Numbered from the stretch's first letter, positions 21,256-32,429 are shown. The stretch: DNA of 64,000 bases from Nannocystis bainbridge (GCF_028368995.1 NZ_JAQNDL010000001.1:1056001-1120000); one strand, 5' to 3'. The notes: generated by a model from the letters alone, not told the origin. A program made the numbers and translations.

Positions 21256-22110
21256 TCAACGCGCGCCGAACCGACCGACGAGGCTCAGGCTGCCCAGACC
21301 CGGCTGCAGCGACAGGCCCCCGCGCAGCCGGCGACCGAGGCGGACATCGCGGCCGCCGAGCACCAGCAGCGGCACACCCGCGGCCACGCCGATGGCCGCC
21401 AGCACCGCGCCCGCGATCAGCATGCGGTCGCCCTCGACGTCGAGCGCGCGCAGCGGCGCGAGGTCGACCGGCAACCCGGCCGCCAACACCGGCGCGATCG
21501 CCTCGTCGAAGCGCCGCTTGGAGCTCGCCCCGCCGAGCGCGAGCCCGCCGCCCAGCGCCGCCACGACCATCATCGCCCCGCCCGCGACGAGCTCACGCCG
21601 ACCGCGGCGGATCTGGCGGTCGCCCGCGCGGCGATCGGCGCGAGCGCGCCGGATCTCCGCCCGCCGCTGCGTCACCGACCGCTGCAGCGACGCCGACTCG
21701 GCGTGGACCCGCGCGACGTCGGCCGCGGCGATCCGCGGCACCGGCGACGCGTCGGCCAGGGCGACGGCCTCGCGGGCGTGGAAGGCCGCGCGATCGAGGC
21801 TGGCGGTCGAGGTCTGTACTTTGAGCCATGTCCTGGCGGCCATGAGATGAATCCACGGATCTTGCGTGTCCCAGGCCTGGCCGCTGAGCCAGCGGGCGCA
21901 GTGCTCGACGCCCTGGATGGCCTCGAGCTCGCCGATCCTGGCGATCAGCGCGTCGCGCTCGCCGGCCGCCACCGCGACCGGATCGATCGGCTCCGCCCGG
22001 GCGACAGCAGGTCGCCGCGGCTGCTTCGGGGCGGCCGCGGCGGGCAGCGGCACCAGGCACGACGCGGCGCACACGAGCGCGATCACGGAGCGACGAGACG
22101 CGACGAACAT
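21256..22110 (-). CDS. Secreted or membrane hypothetical protein with two C-terminal Gly-rich hydrophobic helices
   Basis: Signal peptide, helical middle, ELVAGG.. and LIAGAV.. helices, ends SLSLVGRFGAR. Confidence 0.7.
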   Translation of the reverse strand: MFVASRRSVIALVCAASCLVPLPAAAAPKQPRRPAVARAEPIDPVAVAAGERDALIARIGELEAIQGVEHCARWLSGQAWDTQDPWIHLMAARTWLKVQTSTASLDRAAFHAREAVALADASPVPRIAAADVARVHAESASLQRSVTQRRAEIRRARADRRAGDRQIRRGRRELVAGGAMMVVAALGGGLALGGASSKRRFDEAIAPVLAAGLPVDLAPLRALDVEGDRMLIAGAVLAAIGVAAGVPLLVLGGRDVRLGRRLRGGLSLQPGLGSLSLVGRFGAR

Positions 22111-22284
22111 GCGATCCTCCGGGCCAGGGGCCATCGATCAGGATGACCCGCCGCGTCGCGCCGACAACCGGCCGCGCATCCCCCTGTGCCAGCCCCCACG
22201 GGCCGAAATCGCCACGGCCCGCCGACGCACGATCGCGGTGGACAGCGAGCCGGACTCACCGCCATCCTGCGATCATCGCCACGC

Positions 22285-24861
22285 ATGCCGCAGCGCCGCG
22301 CCCTCCGTCCCTCGCCGCTCCCGCTCCTCGCGCTCGCCTGCGCCGTCGCCTGCGGCGATGAACCGGCCGACGACGCCGGCGCCACCGACAGCGACACCGA
22401 TACGACCACCGCCGCCAGCGCGACCTCGGAGGCCGCGCCGACCACCAGCGGGACCACCGCCTGGGAGGAGGAGACCGAAAGCGAGCCCGAACAGCCGGTC
22501 ACCGTCGAGTGGTCCGAGCTCGAGCTGCGCCTGATCCGCGGCGGCGACGTCCTGCTGCGCTTCCCGGCCGACGGCTTCCAGCTCGGCGTGGTCGCGGCCC
22601 TCGACGACGACTCGTCGTACGACCCGGTGTTCCTGGCGCCCGACGCCTGGCGCACCGTCACCGCCGCCGAGGAGCTCGCCAGCGACGCCGCGGTCGACGT
22701 GCGCCTGTCCTTCGGGACAGATCTGCACGCGCGCCTGACCGTCACCGAGGCCGCCCCCGGGCGGTTCGCCGCCAGCCTGATCCCCGAGCCCGGCGGACCG
22801 GCCCTCGCGTACATGCGCCTGCGCCCCGTCGTCGACCCGGGCGAGGGCTTTTATGGCCTCGGCGAGTACTTCGACGCCGCCGAGCACCGCGGGCGCGTGC
22901 GGGCGATGCAGCTCGAGTACGACCCCCAGATCGAGAGCCAGTACAACGAGGCCCACGTGCCGGTCCCGTTCGTCACCGGCACGCGCGGCTGGGGCATGTT
23001 CGTCGCCGACCCGCACGCCGCGGTGTTCGACGTCGCCGCCGCCGCCGCCGACCGCGTCGAGGCGACCTTCGGCACCGGCCCCGACACCGCCGCCGGCCTG
23101 GTCTTTCACCTCTACGCCGCCGACCACCCGCTCGACGTCACGCGCCACTACTACGCCACCACCGGCGCGCCGAAGCTGCCGGCCCCGTGGGCGCTGGGCC
23201 CGTGGATCTGGCGCGACGAGAACGACGACCAGGCCCAGGTCGAGGAAGACATCGCCACCATCCGCGAGCTCGACCTGGCGACCTCGGCGATCTGGATCGA
23301 TCGCCCCTACCAGAGCGCCGTCGGGGTGTTCGACTGGCACGCGACCCAGTTCCCCGCCCCGCAGGCGATGATCGGCAAGATCCACGACCTCGGCCTGCGG
23401 CTCGCGCTGTGGCACGTGCCCTACGTCGACGACGTCCCGGCCGCCGCCGCCATGCGCGACGAGGCCGAGGCCAATGATTTCTTCCCGCCCGAGGTCGGCC
23501 TCATCACCTCCGATTGGGGTGAGCCGCTCGATCTCACCAATCCCGACGCGTTCGAATGGTGGCAGGACCACATCCGCGAATACACCGACCACGGGATCGA
23601 CGGCTTCAAGCTCGACTACGCCGAGGACATCACGGTCGGCCTCGGCGGCGCGCGCACGGTCTGGCAATTCGCCGACGGCAGCAGCGAGCGGACCATGCAC
23701 AAGCTCTACCAGCTGCTCTACCACCGCGCCTACGCCGAGCTGCTGCCCGAGGCCGGCGGCTTCCTGCTGTGCCGCGCCGGCACCTACGGCGATCAGCAGA
23801 ACGTCAGCGTGATCTGGCCCGGCGACCTCGACGCCAACATGGCCGCGCACCGCGAGCAGGTCGACGACGACGGCGACACGTACGTGGCGGTCGGCGGCTT
23901 GCCAGCGGCCCTCACCGCCTCGCTCAGCCTCGGCCCCAGCGGCTTCCCCTTCTTCGCCTCCGACACCGGCGGCTATCGCCACGCGCCGCCCGATCGCGAG
24001 ACCTTCGTCCGCTGGTTCCAGTACACCGCGCTCACCCCGGTCATGCAGGTCGGCACCGGCTCGTCCGACGTGCCGTGGGAGTTCACCCCGGCCAACGGCC
24101 TCGACGACGAGAGCCTGGCCTGGTACCGCCAATACGCGCGGCTGCACCTGCGCCTGTTCCCGTACGTGTGGACGCACGCGCAGGCGCTGGCCACCGGCGG
24201 CCGCCCGCTCCAGCGCCCGCTCGGCCTCGCCTTCCCCGAGCTCGGCGTCCACCCGTCCGACGCCTATCTGCTCGGCAACAACCTGCTCGTCGCGCCCGTC
24301 GTCGCTCGCGGCGCCACCTCGCGCAAGCTGTCCCTGCCGCCCGGTGCCTGGCTCGACTGGTGGACCGGCGAGGTCCTGCAGGGCGACCAGGAGGTCACCG
24401 TCGCCGCCCCGCTGGCCACCCTGCCGCTGTTCCTGCGGGTCGGCGGGATCGTGCCGATGCTGCGCCCGACCATCGACACGCTCGCGGAGGCCACCGCGGC
24501 CGACGTCGACTCGTTCGTCGGCGACCCCGGGATCCTCCACGCCCGCATCGCCCCCGGCCCGCTCGGCAGCCGCTTCGACCTGTACGATGGGACAGCTCTG
24601 CACCAGCGCCTCGGCAAGGCCGCGCTGCACCTCGAGGTCAGCCCCGGCGCGGTGTTCACCAGCGGCTTCGACCTCGAGATCCACGCGCTCCCGCCGATCG
24701 CCGCCGTCACCGTCGACGACGCCCCGCTGAGCCAACACCCCGACGCCCCTGCGCTCGACGCCGCCCCCGACGGCTGGTTCCACGGCAGCGACCTCGGCGG
24801 CACCCTGCGCCTCAAGCTCGGCCCCGGCGCGCACACCGTGGTGGCCACGCTCGCCGAGTAG
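22285..24861 (+). CDS. Glycoside hydrolase family 31 lipoprotein
   Basis: FYGLGE, WIDRPY, GIDGFKLD (nucleophile), WPGD, SDTGG and YLLGNNLLVAPV; lipobox AVAC. Confidence 0.92.
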   Translation: MPQRRALRPSPLPLLALACAVACGDEPADDAGATDSDTDTTTAASATSEAAPTTSGTTAWEEETESEPEQPVTVEWSELELRLIRGGDVLLRFPADGFQLGVVAALDDDSSYDPVFLAPDAWRTVTAAEELASDAAVDVRLSFGTDLHARLTVTEAAPGRFAASLIPEPGGPALAYMRLRPVVDPGEGFYGLGEYFDAAEHRGRVRAMQLEYDPQIESQYNEAHVPVPFVTGTRGWGMFVADPHAAVFDVAAAAADRVEATFGTGPDTAAGLVFHLYAADHPLDVTRHYYATTGAPKLPAPWALGPWIWRDENDDQAQVEEDIATIRELDLATSAIWIDRPYQSAVGVFDWHATQFPAPQAMIGKIHDLGLRLALWHVPYVDDVPAAAAMRDEAEANDFFPPEVGLITSDWGEPLDLTNPDAFEWWQDHIREYTDHGIDGFKLDYAEDITVGLGGARTVWQFADGSSERTMHKLYQLLYHRAYAELLPEAGGFLLCRAGTYGDQQNVSVIWPGDLDANMAAHREQVDDDGDTYVAVGGLPAALTASLSLGPSGFPFFASDTGGYRHAPPDRETFVRWFQYTALTPVMQVGTGSSDVPWEFTPANGLDDESLAWYRQYARLHLRLFPYVWTHAQALATGGRPLQRPLGLAFPELGVHPSDAYLLGNNLLVAPVVARGATSRKLSLPPGAWLDWWTGEVLQGDQEVTVAAPLATLPLFLRVGGIVPMLRPTIDTLAEATAADVDSFVGDPGILHARIAPGPLGSRFDLYDGTALHQRLGKAALHLEVSPGAVFTSGFDLEIHALPPIAAVTVDDAPLSQHPDAPALDAAPDGWFHGSDLGGTLRLKLGPGAHTVVATLAE

Positions 24862-25178
24862 ATCGCGGCGCGACCCGGCGGGCCATACGCGCCCAGCGAG
24901 CGCGACCGTCGAGCCCCGGGGCCGGCCCGGGTCCCGCAGATCTGCCACCGCCCCTGTCGAGCCCGCTGGTCCACGCGCGAACCACCAACCGCGCTGCCGG
25001 CCTCGACCGCGAGCACGGCCCGCCGACTCGCCCTGTGGCTCGCCCCTTGCGAGCGCTCACCCGCGCCAGCTCGCGCGCCGGGCCGTTCCGCGGCCGTCTC
25101 CCTCCCCTCGTCGCGGTCCCGGCCGGGCCGGTGGAGCAATTCGCGTTCGCACCTCCGCGCGCGAACGTTCGGCAGGGC

Positions 25179-25220
25179 TGTCACGAAGACCATGTCTGAT
25201 AGGACACGTCCATCGCGACA
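25179..25220. repeat. 14-bp unit array (3 units)
   Basis: tgtcacgaagacca|tgtctgataggaca|cgtccatcgcgaca. Confidence 0.8.
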
Positions 25221-25596
25221 GTGACGCCGCCCCACCCGGCGCTCCGTACGCGGATCCTTCAGCCCTCCCATGCCTCCAGAACCGGCCCCACGGCGGGGTC
25301 GCGCGCCGCCACGCCGAAACGCCGCCAGGGCCCCGATCTGCCGCCAGGTGCCCCCGGATGAGCTTCGGGTTTTGCGCAGCCCATCAAGAATCCATCATGG
25401 CCGGGTTTTTCGCCTCTTTGCCGCCTGCAGCCGCGTTCGCGCCCTATCCAGCCCCGCGTGCCGGCGATCACCGGCACAGACGGACGCGTCGCCCCGCAGA
25501 ACGCTGGAGGTCTCGCTCCCTGACGATCGGAAACCGGAGCGCCGACAGTGGCGCGCTCCAGTTGCACCCCCCCGGGACCAGGTCCATTACCGGGTC

Positions 25597-26328
25597 GTGC
25601 TACCGATCCTTCACATCCATGCAGGTGACTGCGCCGCCGGGTTCGCTCGCGAGATCGACCTCGAAGGCGAAGTGCTCGGTTGGCGCGACAGCGCCGCGGT
25701 CGGACCGGTCTCGCGCGAGCGCGGCCGGCACGTGTTCCTCCGCATGGCGTTCTGGCAGACGGACCTCGCGGAGATCCAGCGGGCCGAGGAGCTGCCGTCC
25801 GATTGCGAGCGTGTGTTGTGGTTCGGTCCCGACCCGTGGGAGCAGCTCCAGCTCGTCGAGCTGCTGGCGTACATGTCCGATGGGCCATGTTCGATCGTGC
25901 CGCTGAGCCGGGCGGTGACCGAGCTGACCCCGAGCGAGCTGCAGGCCGCCTTCGTCGCTCGCCGCAACGCCGAGTCGCTGCGGTTCTTCGCCGCCGCCTT
26001 GTGGTTCGATTTCTGCGACAACGACCCGGCCGGCATCGCCCTGCGCCTGCGTCGGGCCGCCAACGACCAGCGCCTGCCGCACCTCGGCGCCGCCATCCGC
26101 CGCGTCCTGCAGGATCGCAACGAGCAGAGGACCGAGCGCGAGATCGAGGATCTGGTGCGCGCCGGCGTCTACGAGCTGCCGGCCCTGCTCGAGGCCCTGC
26201 GCGAGCGCGAGCTCCCGGCCCACGGCGCGTGGTACGGCGACGTCGTGGTCGGCCGCCTGCGCGACGCCTGCATGCGCACGCAAGCGGCCAACGACCTCGC
26301 GCTCAGCGTAGCGTCATTCCTGCCGTGA
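25597..26328 (+). CDS. DUF1835-like hypothetical protein
   Basis: LHIHAGDCAAG, WRDSAAVGPV, VLWFGPDPWEQLQL and WYGD pattern; GTG 25597 preferred over the track start at 25270. Confidence 0.65.
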   Translation: MLPILHIHAGDCAAGFAREIDLEGEVLGWRDSAAVGPVSRERGRHVFLRMAFWQTDLAEIQRAEELPSDCERVLWFGPDPWEQLQLVELLAYMSDGPCSIVPLSRAVTELTPSELQAAFVARRNAESLRFFAAALWFDFCDNDPAGIALRLRRAANDQRLPHLGAAIRRVLQDRNEQRTEREIEDLVRAGVYELPALLEALRERELPAHGAWYGDVVVGRLRDACMRTQAANDLALSVASFLP

Positions 26329-28018
26329 ACACGAGCCCGCTGTCCTCGGCGTACATCTCGTAGCCCGAGGGACCGAACACCTGGTACATGCCGAAGAGCG
26401 CCTTGAGCTCTTCCTGTTGCCCCGCCATGCCGAGCAGCGGCTCGAGCTGCGCCATCATGCGGGCCAAGTCGTAGGCGAACAGCGCCATCGGCGGATCCTT
26501 GACCTCCGGCGCCGCCAGCAGCTTGCTGACCGTGGCCTCCGAGCCCGGCCCGACCGCCAGCACGAAGCCGGTCCCGGCCTTGGCCCCGTAGGCGATGCCG
26601 TTGACGAACGGGATCGTGTTATCGGGCAGCGTCTTGACCGCGCCGTCGTCGCTGAACTCGTAGGCCGCGATCATCGGCAGCTCCGGGCGCACCGCCTCGT
26701 AGATCGCCCGCGGGTCGCTCGCCGCCAGCACCGCGTGAGCCGTGATCGACGACGGCAGGAAGCCCGACATCTTGATGTCGGTCAGCACCAGGCTGCCGCC
26801 GCGCAGCCCCGGCACCCACTTCGGGATCGACGACGTGTCCTGCCCGATCTTGGCCGCCATCTGGTTGAGCTCCGCCAGCTCCGGGCACTGATACGGCGCC
26901 TTCGTCACCTCGGCGCCCTTGCGCAGCGTCATCTCGATCGTCTTGCCGACGTCGATGCCGCCGCCCATGGCGAACATCGCCTCGCCGCGGACCTCCTTCG
27001 ACAGCCCCGGCACCGACGCGCGCAGCGCCTTGATCTCCTGCGCCAGGTCGGAGCGCAGCTCGACCGCGAACTTGGCCGTGAAGCCGCTCGCGTCCATCGC
27101 CTCGGTGCCGAACACCAGCATCGGCGCGACCCCGGCGAGCCCGCGGACCTCGTCCTTGCACACCTGGGTCAGCTGCGGCCACTTCTCGACCAGCTTCGGC
27201 GACAGGGCCGCCAGGATCTCTTTGTTGAGCGGGTCGCCCTCGCCGAGGAACCCCTCGACGATCACCCGCGCGTCGATGTAGCCGGCGTTGTGCTTGCCGA
27301 GCTGGTACGTCGTCAGCAGGTCGCGCAGCTTGGGCGAGTCGGCCAGCGACCGCTCCGGCGCCGTCTTGCCGAACAGCAGCTCGAACACCCGGTCGGCCAT
27401 CGCCGCCGGCGCGACGCCCATCACCAGCTCGCCGCTGACGATCGCCGCCGCGATCTTGAACTCGCCGGCGGTGCCGCACCAGTAGTCGGCGTCGCCGAGC
27501 TTGCACACCGGGATCGTCACGTTGCCGGCGGTCTGGACCCGACCCAGCAGGTCGCGGAATGCCTGCGGGTCCTTCAGCGACACGCGCATCGCCGGCAGCA
27601 CGCCGATGCCGTACAGCGCCGCCTTGCCGTCGACGTCGATGCCGGTGCGATCGATGCCGCCTTCCTTCACCACCGCGCGGAACTCGGCGAAGATCGCCTT
27701 GGCCAGCGGGGCCCACTCGTCGTCCGTCGGCATCTGCTCGATCATCGGCCCGACGCGCTCCATGAGCGGGCTGACGCTCGCGTAGACCTTCTCGATCATC
27801 TGCCGCGCCGAGCCGCCGAAGCTGATGAACGCGTACGGCGTGTCGGCCGGGATCTTGCGCAGCAGCTCCTGCACGCCGGCATCTGCCAGTGCCTGCGCGG
27901 CCGCCTGCTCGTTCGACTTGCTGCAGCCGGCCACGCCCGTGACCGCCAGCACCGTCGCCAACGCCGCCGCACGCCCGCACCCGAGAGGCCAACGCATCCA
28001 CTGCTTCGCTCGCATCAT
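26303..28018 (-). CDS. Hypothetical lipoprotein
   Basis: VAGC lipobox; KIPADTPYAF N-terminal motif; strong codon bias. Confidence 0.8.
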   Translation of the reverse strand: MMRAKQWMRWPLGCGRAAALATVLAVTGVAGCSKSNEQAAAQALADAGVQELLRKIPADTPYAFISFGGSARQMIEKVYASVSPLMERVGPMIEQMPTDDEWAPLAKAIFAEFRAVVKEGGIDRTGIDVDGKAALYGIGVLPAMRVSLKDPQAFRDLLGRVQTAGNVTIPVCKLGDADYWCGTAGEFKIAAAIVSGELVMGVAPAAMADRVFELLFGKTAPERSLADSPKLRDLLTTYQLGKHNAGYIDARVIVEGFLGEGDPLNKEILAALSPKLVEKWPQLTQVCKDEVRGLAGVAPMLVFGTEAMDASGFTAKFAVELRSDLAQEIKALRASVPGLSKEVRGEAMFAMGGGIDVGKTIEMTLRKGAEVTKAPYQCPELAELNQMAAKIGQDTSSIPKWVPGLRGGSLVLTDIKMSGFLPSSITAHAVLAASDPRAIYEAVRPELPMIAAYEFSDDGAVKTLPDNTIPFVNGIAYGAKAGTGFVLAVGPGSEATVSKLLAAPEVKDPPMALFAYDLARMMAQLEPLLGMAGQQEELKALFGMYQVFGPSGYEMYAEDSGLVFTAGMTLR

Positions 28019-28218
28019 CGAGCGGTCCTATCACCCTTCGCACGGGCCGGCAAGCGCGCCCCCGCGCCAGCGGGCCCTCGCACCGGCGCCGCGCCGCGTT
28101 TGGCTGCAGGTGCGGCGCGTGATCGTGCGAGCGTCGCCCTCGTGCCATTCGCCGGCGCGATCGCGAGGCGGGCCCGCCTCACGACAATGGCCGCGCGGCC
28201 GTCCTCGCCCGCGCGGCC

Positions 28219-31200
28219 TCACGCGACGTGCAGCCCGAGGCCGCGGCGGACCTCGAAGTACTCCTCGCTGACGCTGTAGACCACCAGCTCGCGCAGCGCC
28301 TCCTTGGGCGCCAGCAGCGAGCCGAACACCCGCTGCTCCTGCCCGATCGCGTGGGCCGCGGTGGCGAGGTCGTTGCAGAACACGAACCCCGCGCGGTAGC
28401 TCGCCAGCTCGGCCGCCCGGGCCCAGCGCTTGACGTCGACCTCGCCGCCCTTGACCAGCCGCTGCAGCGCCGCCGTCAACCGCTCGATCGCCGCCGCCGG
28501 CAGGTGCTTCGTCACCTCGCGCGCCAGCGCCTGCGCCCCGCCGGACAGCTCCGGCGCCCCGACCTTGCACACGTGCATGCTCGCCATCAGCACGTCCTTG
28601 AGGTTCTCGGGCGAGCGGTCGATGATCATGAACGCGTAGTGCGGCGGGTACAGGTCGAGCGCGTGGCGGCCGAGCATGAACGCCAGGTTGTTCTCCGACT
28701 TCTCGGCCAGCGCCCCGGCCAGGGCGATGATCGTCGGCCGCACGCTGCCGCCGCGCTCGACGTTCAGCACCGCCGCGTCGCCGGGCTCGTCTGGCCGAAA
28801 GTACAGGTCGGGCTGCGGCAGGCCGTAGACCGAAGTCACGTAGACGAAGCTCTTGCTGACCAGCGAGCCGTCGTCTTCGGGGTCGACGCGGTCGGACGGG
28901 CGCAGCGGGTACGGCAGCATCTTCGGCCGCCAGCCGGCCAGCACCGGCGCCAGCAGCCCGAGCACCGCGCCGACCCCGGCGTCCTCGTCGGCGTGGAACA
29001 CACAGCGACGCAGCAGCTCCTCGCCGAGCCGCTGCTTGATCCGGCGGAACTCCGGCTGCGGGTAGCGGTGGTAGAGCGTCGTCTCCTGCGCGGTCGCCTG
29101 CTTGAGGAACACCAGCGTGCGGGCGACGCAGAACGCCTTGTCGAGCTCGCGGCGGGCCACGTAGATGTCGAACAGCCGGTGATAGCTGACGTAGCGGTGC
29201 GGCTCCAGGCGCAGCAGCGTGAAGTGGGCGCGGATCAGCGGCTCGCCGAACTCGCGCGCGTTGTTGTTGCGGACCAGCGCCTCGTACAGCTCGACCAGGA
29301 TCTGCCAGCGGTCGACGTTGCCCGGGTCGAGCGCCGCCGCGACCTCGAACGCCTTGGCCGCGGCCCGGAAGTCGCCCAGGCGGGTGCGGTAGATCTCGGC
29401 CAGGTTGGTCCACAGCATCGTCCGCAGCGGCGTCTCGCCGTCGGGCGGCAGGCGGTTGATCATCTTGCGGTAGGCGCGATCGAGGCCCTTCCACTCCTTG
29501 CGCTGCGTCAGCAGCTTGTCGATCGCCTGGAACGCCTTGAGCTGGCCCGGATCGTCGTCGAGCACGCGGTCCAGCCGCGCCAGCGCGGCGTCGACCTGGG
29601 CCAGGTTGTCGCGCAGCAGCACCGCCGCCGTGTAGTGGAAGCGGGCCCGGCGGGCCGCGTCGGGCTCGACCTCGACGATCCGGTCGAGCACGCCGACGGC
29701 CTCCTGCCACATCTTGCGCTCGGTGAACGTGTCGAGCAGGAGGTGCAGCACCACCAGGTCGCGCGGCCGCAGCTCGAGCGCGCGCTGGAACGCGATCACG
29801 GCCTTCTGCGGGTCGCGCAGGCGGCCATTGAACAGCTTGCCGCTGGCGACGAACAGCTCGAACTTGACGCCGTCGTCGCCCGCGCTGTTGATCATCGCCC
29901 GGCGGGTGTTGAGCGCGCCCTGCCAGTCCTCCGCGGCCAGCTGGTGCTCGAGCGTCGCCTCGAGCGCCTGCCAGTTGTTGGCGTCGAGCTCGAGCGCCTT
30001 GCGCAGGTAACCCGGCGCCTTTTGCGTCTGACCGCGCCGCTTGCACACCTCGGCCAGGCGCACGTGGATCGCCGCCGACACCTTGTCGGTCTTCTCCTTG
30101 GCGGGCGCCGCCAGCAATTGATCGTAGTAGCCGAACGCCGCCTCCCACTCGCCTGCCTCGAAGGTCAGGTCGGCGCGGCCGAGCATCGCCGTCCAGTTGC
30201 CGGGCTCGAGGTCGAGCGCCTTCTTGAACAGCTTGAGCGCCCGGGTCGAGCGGCCGAGCAGGCGCTCGACCCGGGCCGCGCGCAGGCACAGCTCGACGTG
30301 GGCCTTGACGCTGATCGGCGCGCCCGGGGCCTTGCGCACCAGCATCTCGTAGATCGGCGCGGCGCCGACGTAGTTGCCGGCCTCGTAGTAGATCTTCGAA
30401 AGCACGGTGCCGACGCGCACGTTCTCGGGGTCGAGCTCGATCACGCGGGCGAAGATCTCGGTCGCCTTGGCGACGTCGCCGAGCTGGCGATAATGGAGGA
30501 ACGCGGCCTCGATGCCGAACTCGACCCGCTCGTAGTAGCTGGTCGCGTGGGTCAGCAGCGCCTCGCACACCGCCGCCAGCTCGCGCCAGTCCTTGCGACC
30601 GCGGTACATGTCGGCCAGCAGCGTCAGCGCCGGCACGTGCCCGGGCGTGTGCTCGAGCGCCCCGCGCAGGTACAGCTCGGCCCGCTCCGAGGCCACCAGC
30701 TTCTCGTGCAGCAGCTTGCCGACGTGCGTCAGTTCTTCGGTGCGCAGGCCCGGGTCGGCGCACAGCGACAGGAAGTGGTCGAGCGTCTGCACCGCCGCGT
30801 CCCACTGCTGCCCGCGCTCGTACAGCCGCGCCAGCGCCAGCACGGCGTCCTGCGACGTCGGGTCGAGCTGGATCATCGCCCGATAGGCCGCGATCGCCCC
30901 CGGGATTTCGCCGAGCGACTTGTCGAGCACGTAGCCCATCGCCCCGTACAGCCCGGTCTTCAGCGCGCGGTCGCCAGTCCGCTCCGCGTGCTCGCGGTAC
31001 GCCTGGACCAGCTCCTGCCACTGCTCGGCCGCGAGGTGCTGGGCCGCCAGGTTGTAATACGCGTAGTCGAGGCCCTGCGCGATCCACTGCTGCCAGGCCT
31101 GGCCCTCCTTGCCGCCCGCGCCGCCCGCCAATTGCGTCAGCGCCTTCTGCATCTTGTGCAGGATGTCGATCTGCGCCCGCGGCTCCGCCGTCTGCCCGAG

Positions 31201-32175
31201 CGCCGTCTGCAGCGCCTCGAGCGAATAGAACATCGCGCTGTCGGTGGTCGGCTGCTGCTTGCCGCGCGCCGCCGCCTTGGCCCTGGCGTCGCCCTCGCGC
31301 GCCCCGTCCTCGTCGATCTGCTGCAGCGCGGCCACCAGCGCGCCCATGTCCTGGAACCGGTCCTCGCGGCGCTTCGACATCGCCTTCAGCACCAGCGACT
31401 CCACCAGCGGCGGGATCTCGGCCTCGGGCGCCACGCTGCCGAGCGCCGCCGCGGCCGCGAACTTGTGCTGCATCGTCACCTGCGTCGGCCGGCCGAAGAA
31501 CGGCACGCGCCCGCTCAGCAGCGTGTACATCAACACCCCGAGCGAATAGATGTCGCTGCGCTGGTCGACCGCCTCGCCGAGCGCCTGCTCCGGCGCGATG
31601 AAGTGGACCGCGTCGCCGAGCACCACCGTGCCCGCCTCGCGGTCCTGCGTCACCGCCTCGACCGCGACCATCCCGAAGTCGGCCACCTTGACGTGGTCGT
31701 CCTCGCCGACGATCACGTTGCCGGGCTTGATCGCGCGGTGGATCACCCCGGCCGCGTGCGCCGCCTGCAGGCCCTCCGCGATCTGCAGCGCGATCGCCCG
31801 CACGCGCGGCCACGGCTGCCGCCCGCTGCGGCGCAGCAGCAGCCCGAGGTCCTCGCCCGCGAACGCCTCGGTCACCACGTAGACGTCGCCCTCGGGGGCG
31901 ATGTCGGCGTCGAGCACCTCGAGCACGTTGACGTGCAGCACCGCCGCCGCGTCCCGCGCCTCGTGCAGCAGCCGCTCGGCCTGCGCGCGGTCCTGCGAGA
32001 ACTCCTGGCGCACGATCTTGATCCACACCGGCGTCGGCGGATCGATGAACTCGGCCAGGAACGTGTCGGCCACGTCGCCGCGCGCGAGGTGCTGGAGGAT
32101 CTTGAACTCGTCGGCGAAGACGTTCCCGATCCTCGCCTTGGGGCTGCGGTCGACGACAGGCTGCTCTTCGCTCAT
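28219..32175 (-). CDS. Ser/Thr pseudokinase fused to a long TPR array
   Basis: Kinase fold with HRAIKPGN, DFG, APE and SDIYSLG; about 900 aa of TPR-like repeats (ALELDANN, ALDLEPGN) and a C-terminal domain. Confidence 0.88.
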   Translation of the reverse strand: MSEEQPVVDRSPKARIGNVFADEFKILQHLARGDVADTFLAEFIDPPTPVWIKIVRQEFSQDRAQAERLLHEARDAAAVLHVNVLEVLDADIAPEGDVYVVTEAFAGEDLGLLLRRSGRQPWPRVRAIALQIAEGLQAAHAAGVIHRAIKPGNVIVGEDDHVKVADFGMVAVEAVTQDREAGTVVLGDAVHFIAPEQALGEAVDQRSDIYSLGVLMYTLLSGRVPFFGRPTQVTMQHKFAAAAALGSVAPEAEIPPLVESLVLKAMSKRREDRFQDMGALVAALQQIDEDGAREGDARAKAAARGKQQPTTDSAMFYSLEALQTALGQTAEPRAQIDILHKMQKALTQLAGGAGGKEGQAWQQWIAQGLDYAYYNLAAQHLAAEQWQELVQAYREHAERTGDRALKTGLYGAMGYVLDKSLGEIPGAIAAYRAMIQLDPTSQDAVLALARLYERGQQWDAAVQTLDHFLSLCADPGLRTEELTHVGKLLHEKLVASERAELYLRGALEHTPGHVPALTLLADMYRGRKDWRELAAVCEALLTHATSYYERVEFGIEAAFLHYRQLGDVAKATEIFARVIELDPENVRVGTVLSKIYYEAGNYVGAAPIYEMLVRKAPGAPISVKAHVELCLRAARVERLLGRSTRALKLFKKALDLEPGNWTAMLGRADLTFEAGEWEAAFGYYDQLLAAPAKEKTDKVSAAIHVRLAEVCKRRGQTQKAPGYLRKALELDANNWQALEATLEHQLAAEDWQGALNTRRAMINSAGDDGVKFELFVASGKLFNGRLRDPQKAVIAFQRALELRPRDLVVLHLLLDTFTERKMWQEAVGVLDRIVEVEPDAARRARFHYTAAVLLRDNLAQVDAALARLDRVLDDDPGQLKAFQAIDKLLTQRKEWKGLDRAYRKMINRLPPDGETPLRTMLWTNLAEIYRTRLGDFRAAAKAFEVAAALDPGNVDRWQILVELYEALVRNNNAREFGEPLIRAHFTLLRLEPHRYVSYHRLFDIYVARRELDKAFCVARTLVFLKQATAQETTLYHRYPQPEFRRIKQRLGEELLRRCVFHADEDAGVGAVLGLLAPVLAGWRPKMLPYPLRPSDRVDPEDDGSLVSKSFVYVTSVYGLPQPDLYFRPDEPGDAAVLNVERGGSVRPTIIALAGALAEKSENNLAFMLGRHALDLYPPHYAFMIIDRSPENLKDVLMASMHVCKVGAPELSGGAQALAREVTKHLPAAAIERLTAALQRLVKGGEVDVKRWARAAELASYRAGFVFCNDLATAAHAIGQEQRVFGSLLAPKEALRELVVYSVSEEYFEVRRGLGLHVA

Positions 32176-32359
32176 GGCGGGCTACCGGGGCCCACTCTAC
32201 TCGAATTCCTGGACCGCCCCACAGCCGTGACGAGCCCCCTTTTCGCCCCAATTCGCCTGCAGGCCGCCGCTGCAGCGCGAGTTCGAGCCCGCGGCTTGTA
32301 CATGCAGCCCCGGGCCGCGGCGCGATCGCGGGGCCGGCGGCAGCGTCGCGGCGCGAGAC

Positions 32360-32429
32360 CCTCGCCCGCGACCCGCCGCGGGCATCACGAACGCAGGTCC
32401 TCGCCCGCGACCCGCCGCGGCTGTCACGA
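32360..32429. repeat. Two-copy direct repeat, 39-bp spacing
   Basis: cctcgcccgcgacccgccgcgg at 32360 and 32399, each followed by ...tcacga. Confidence 0.7.
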
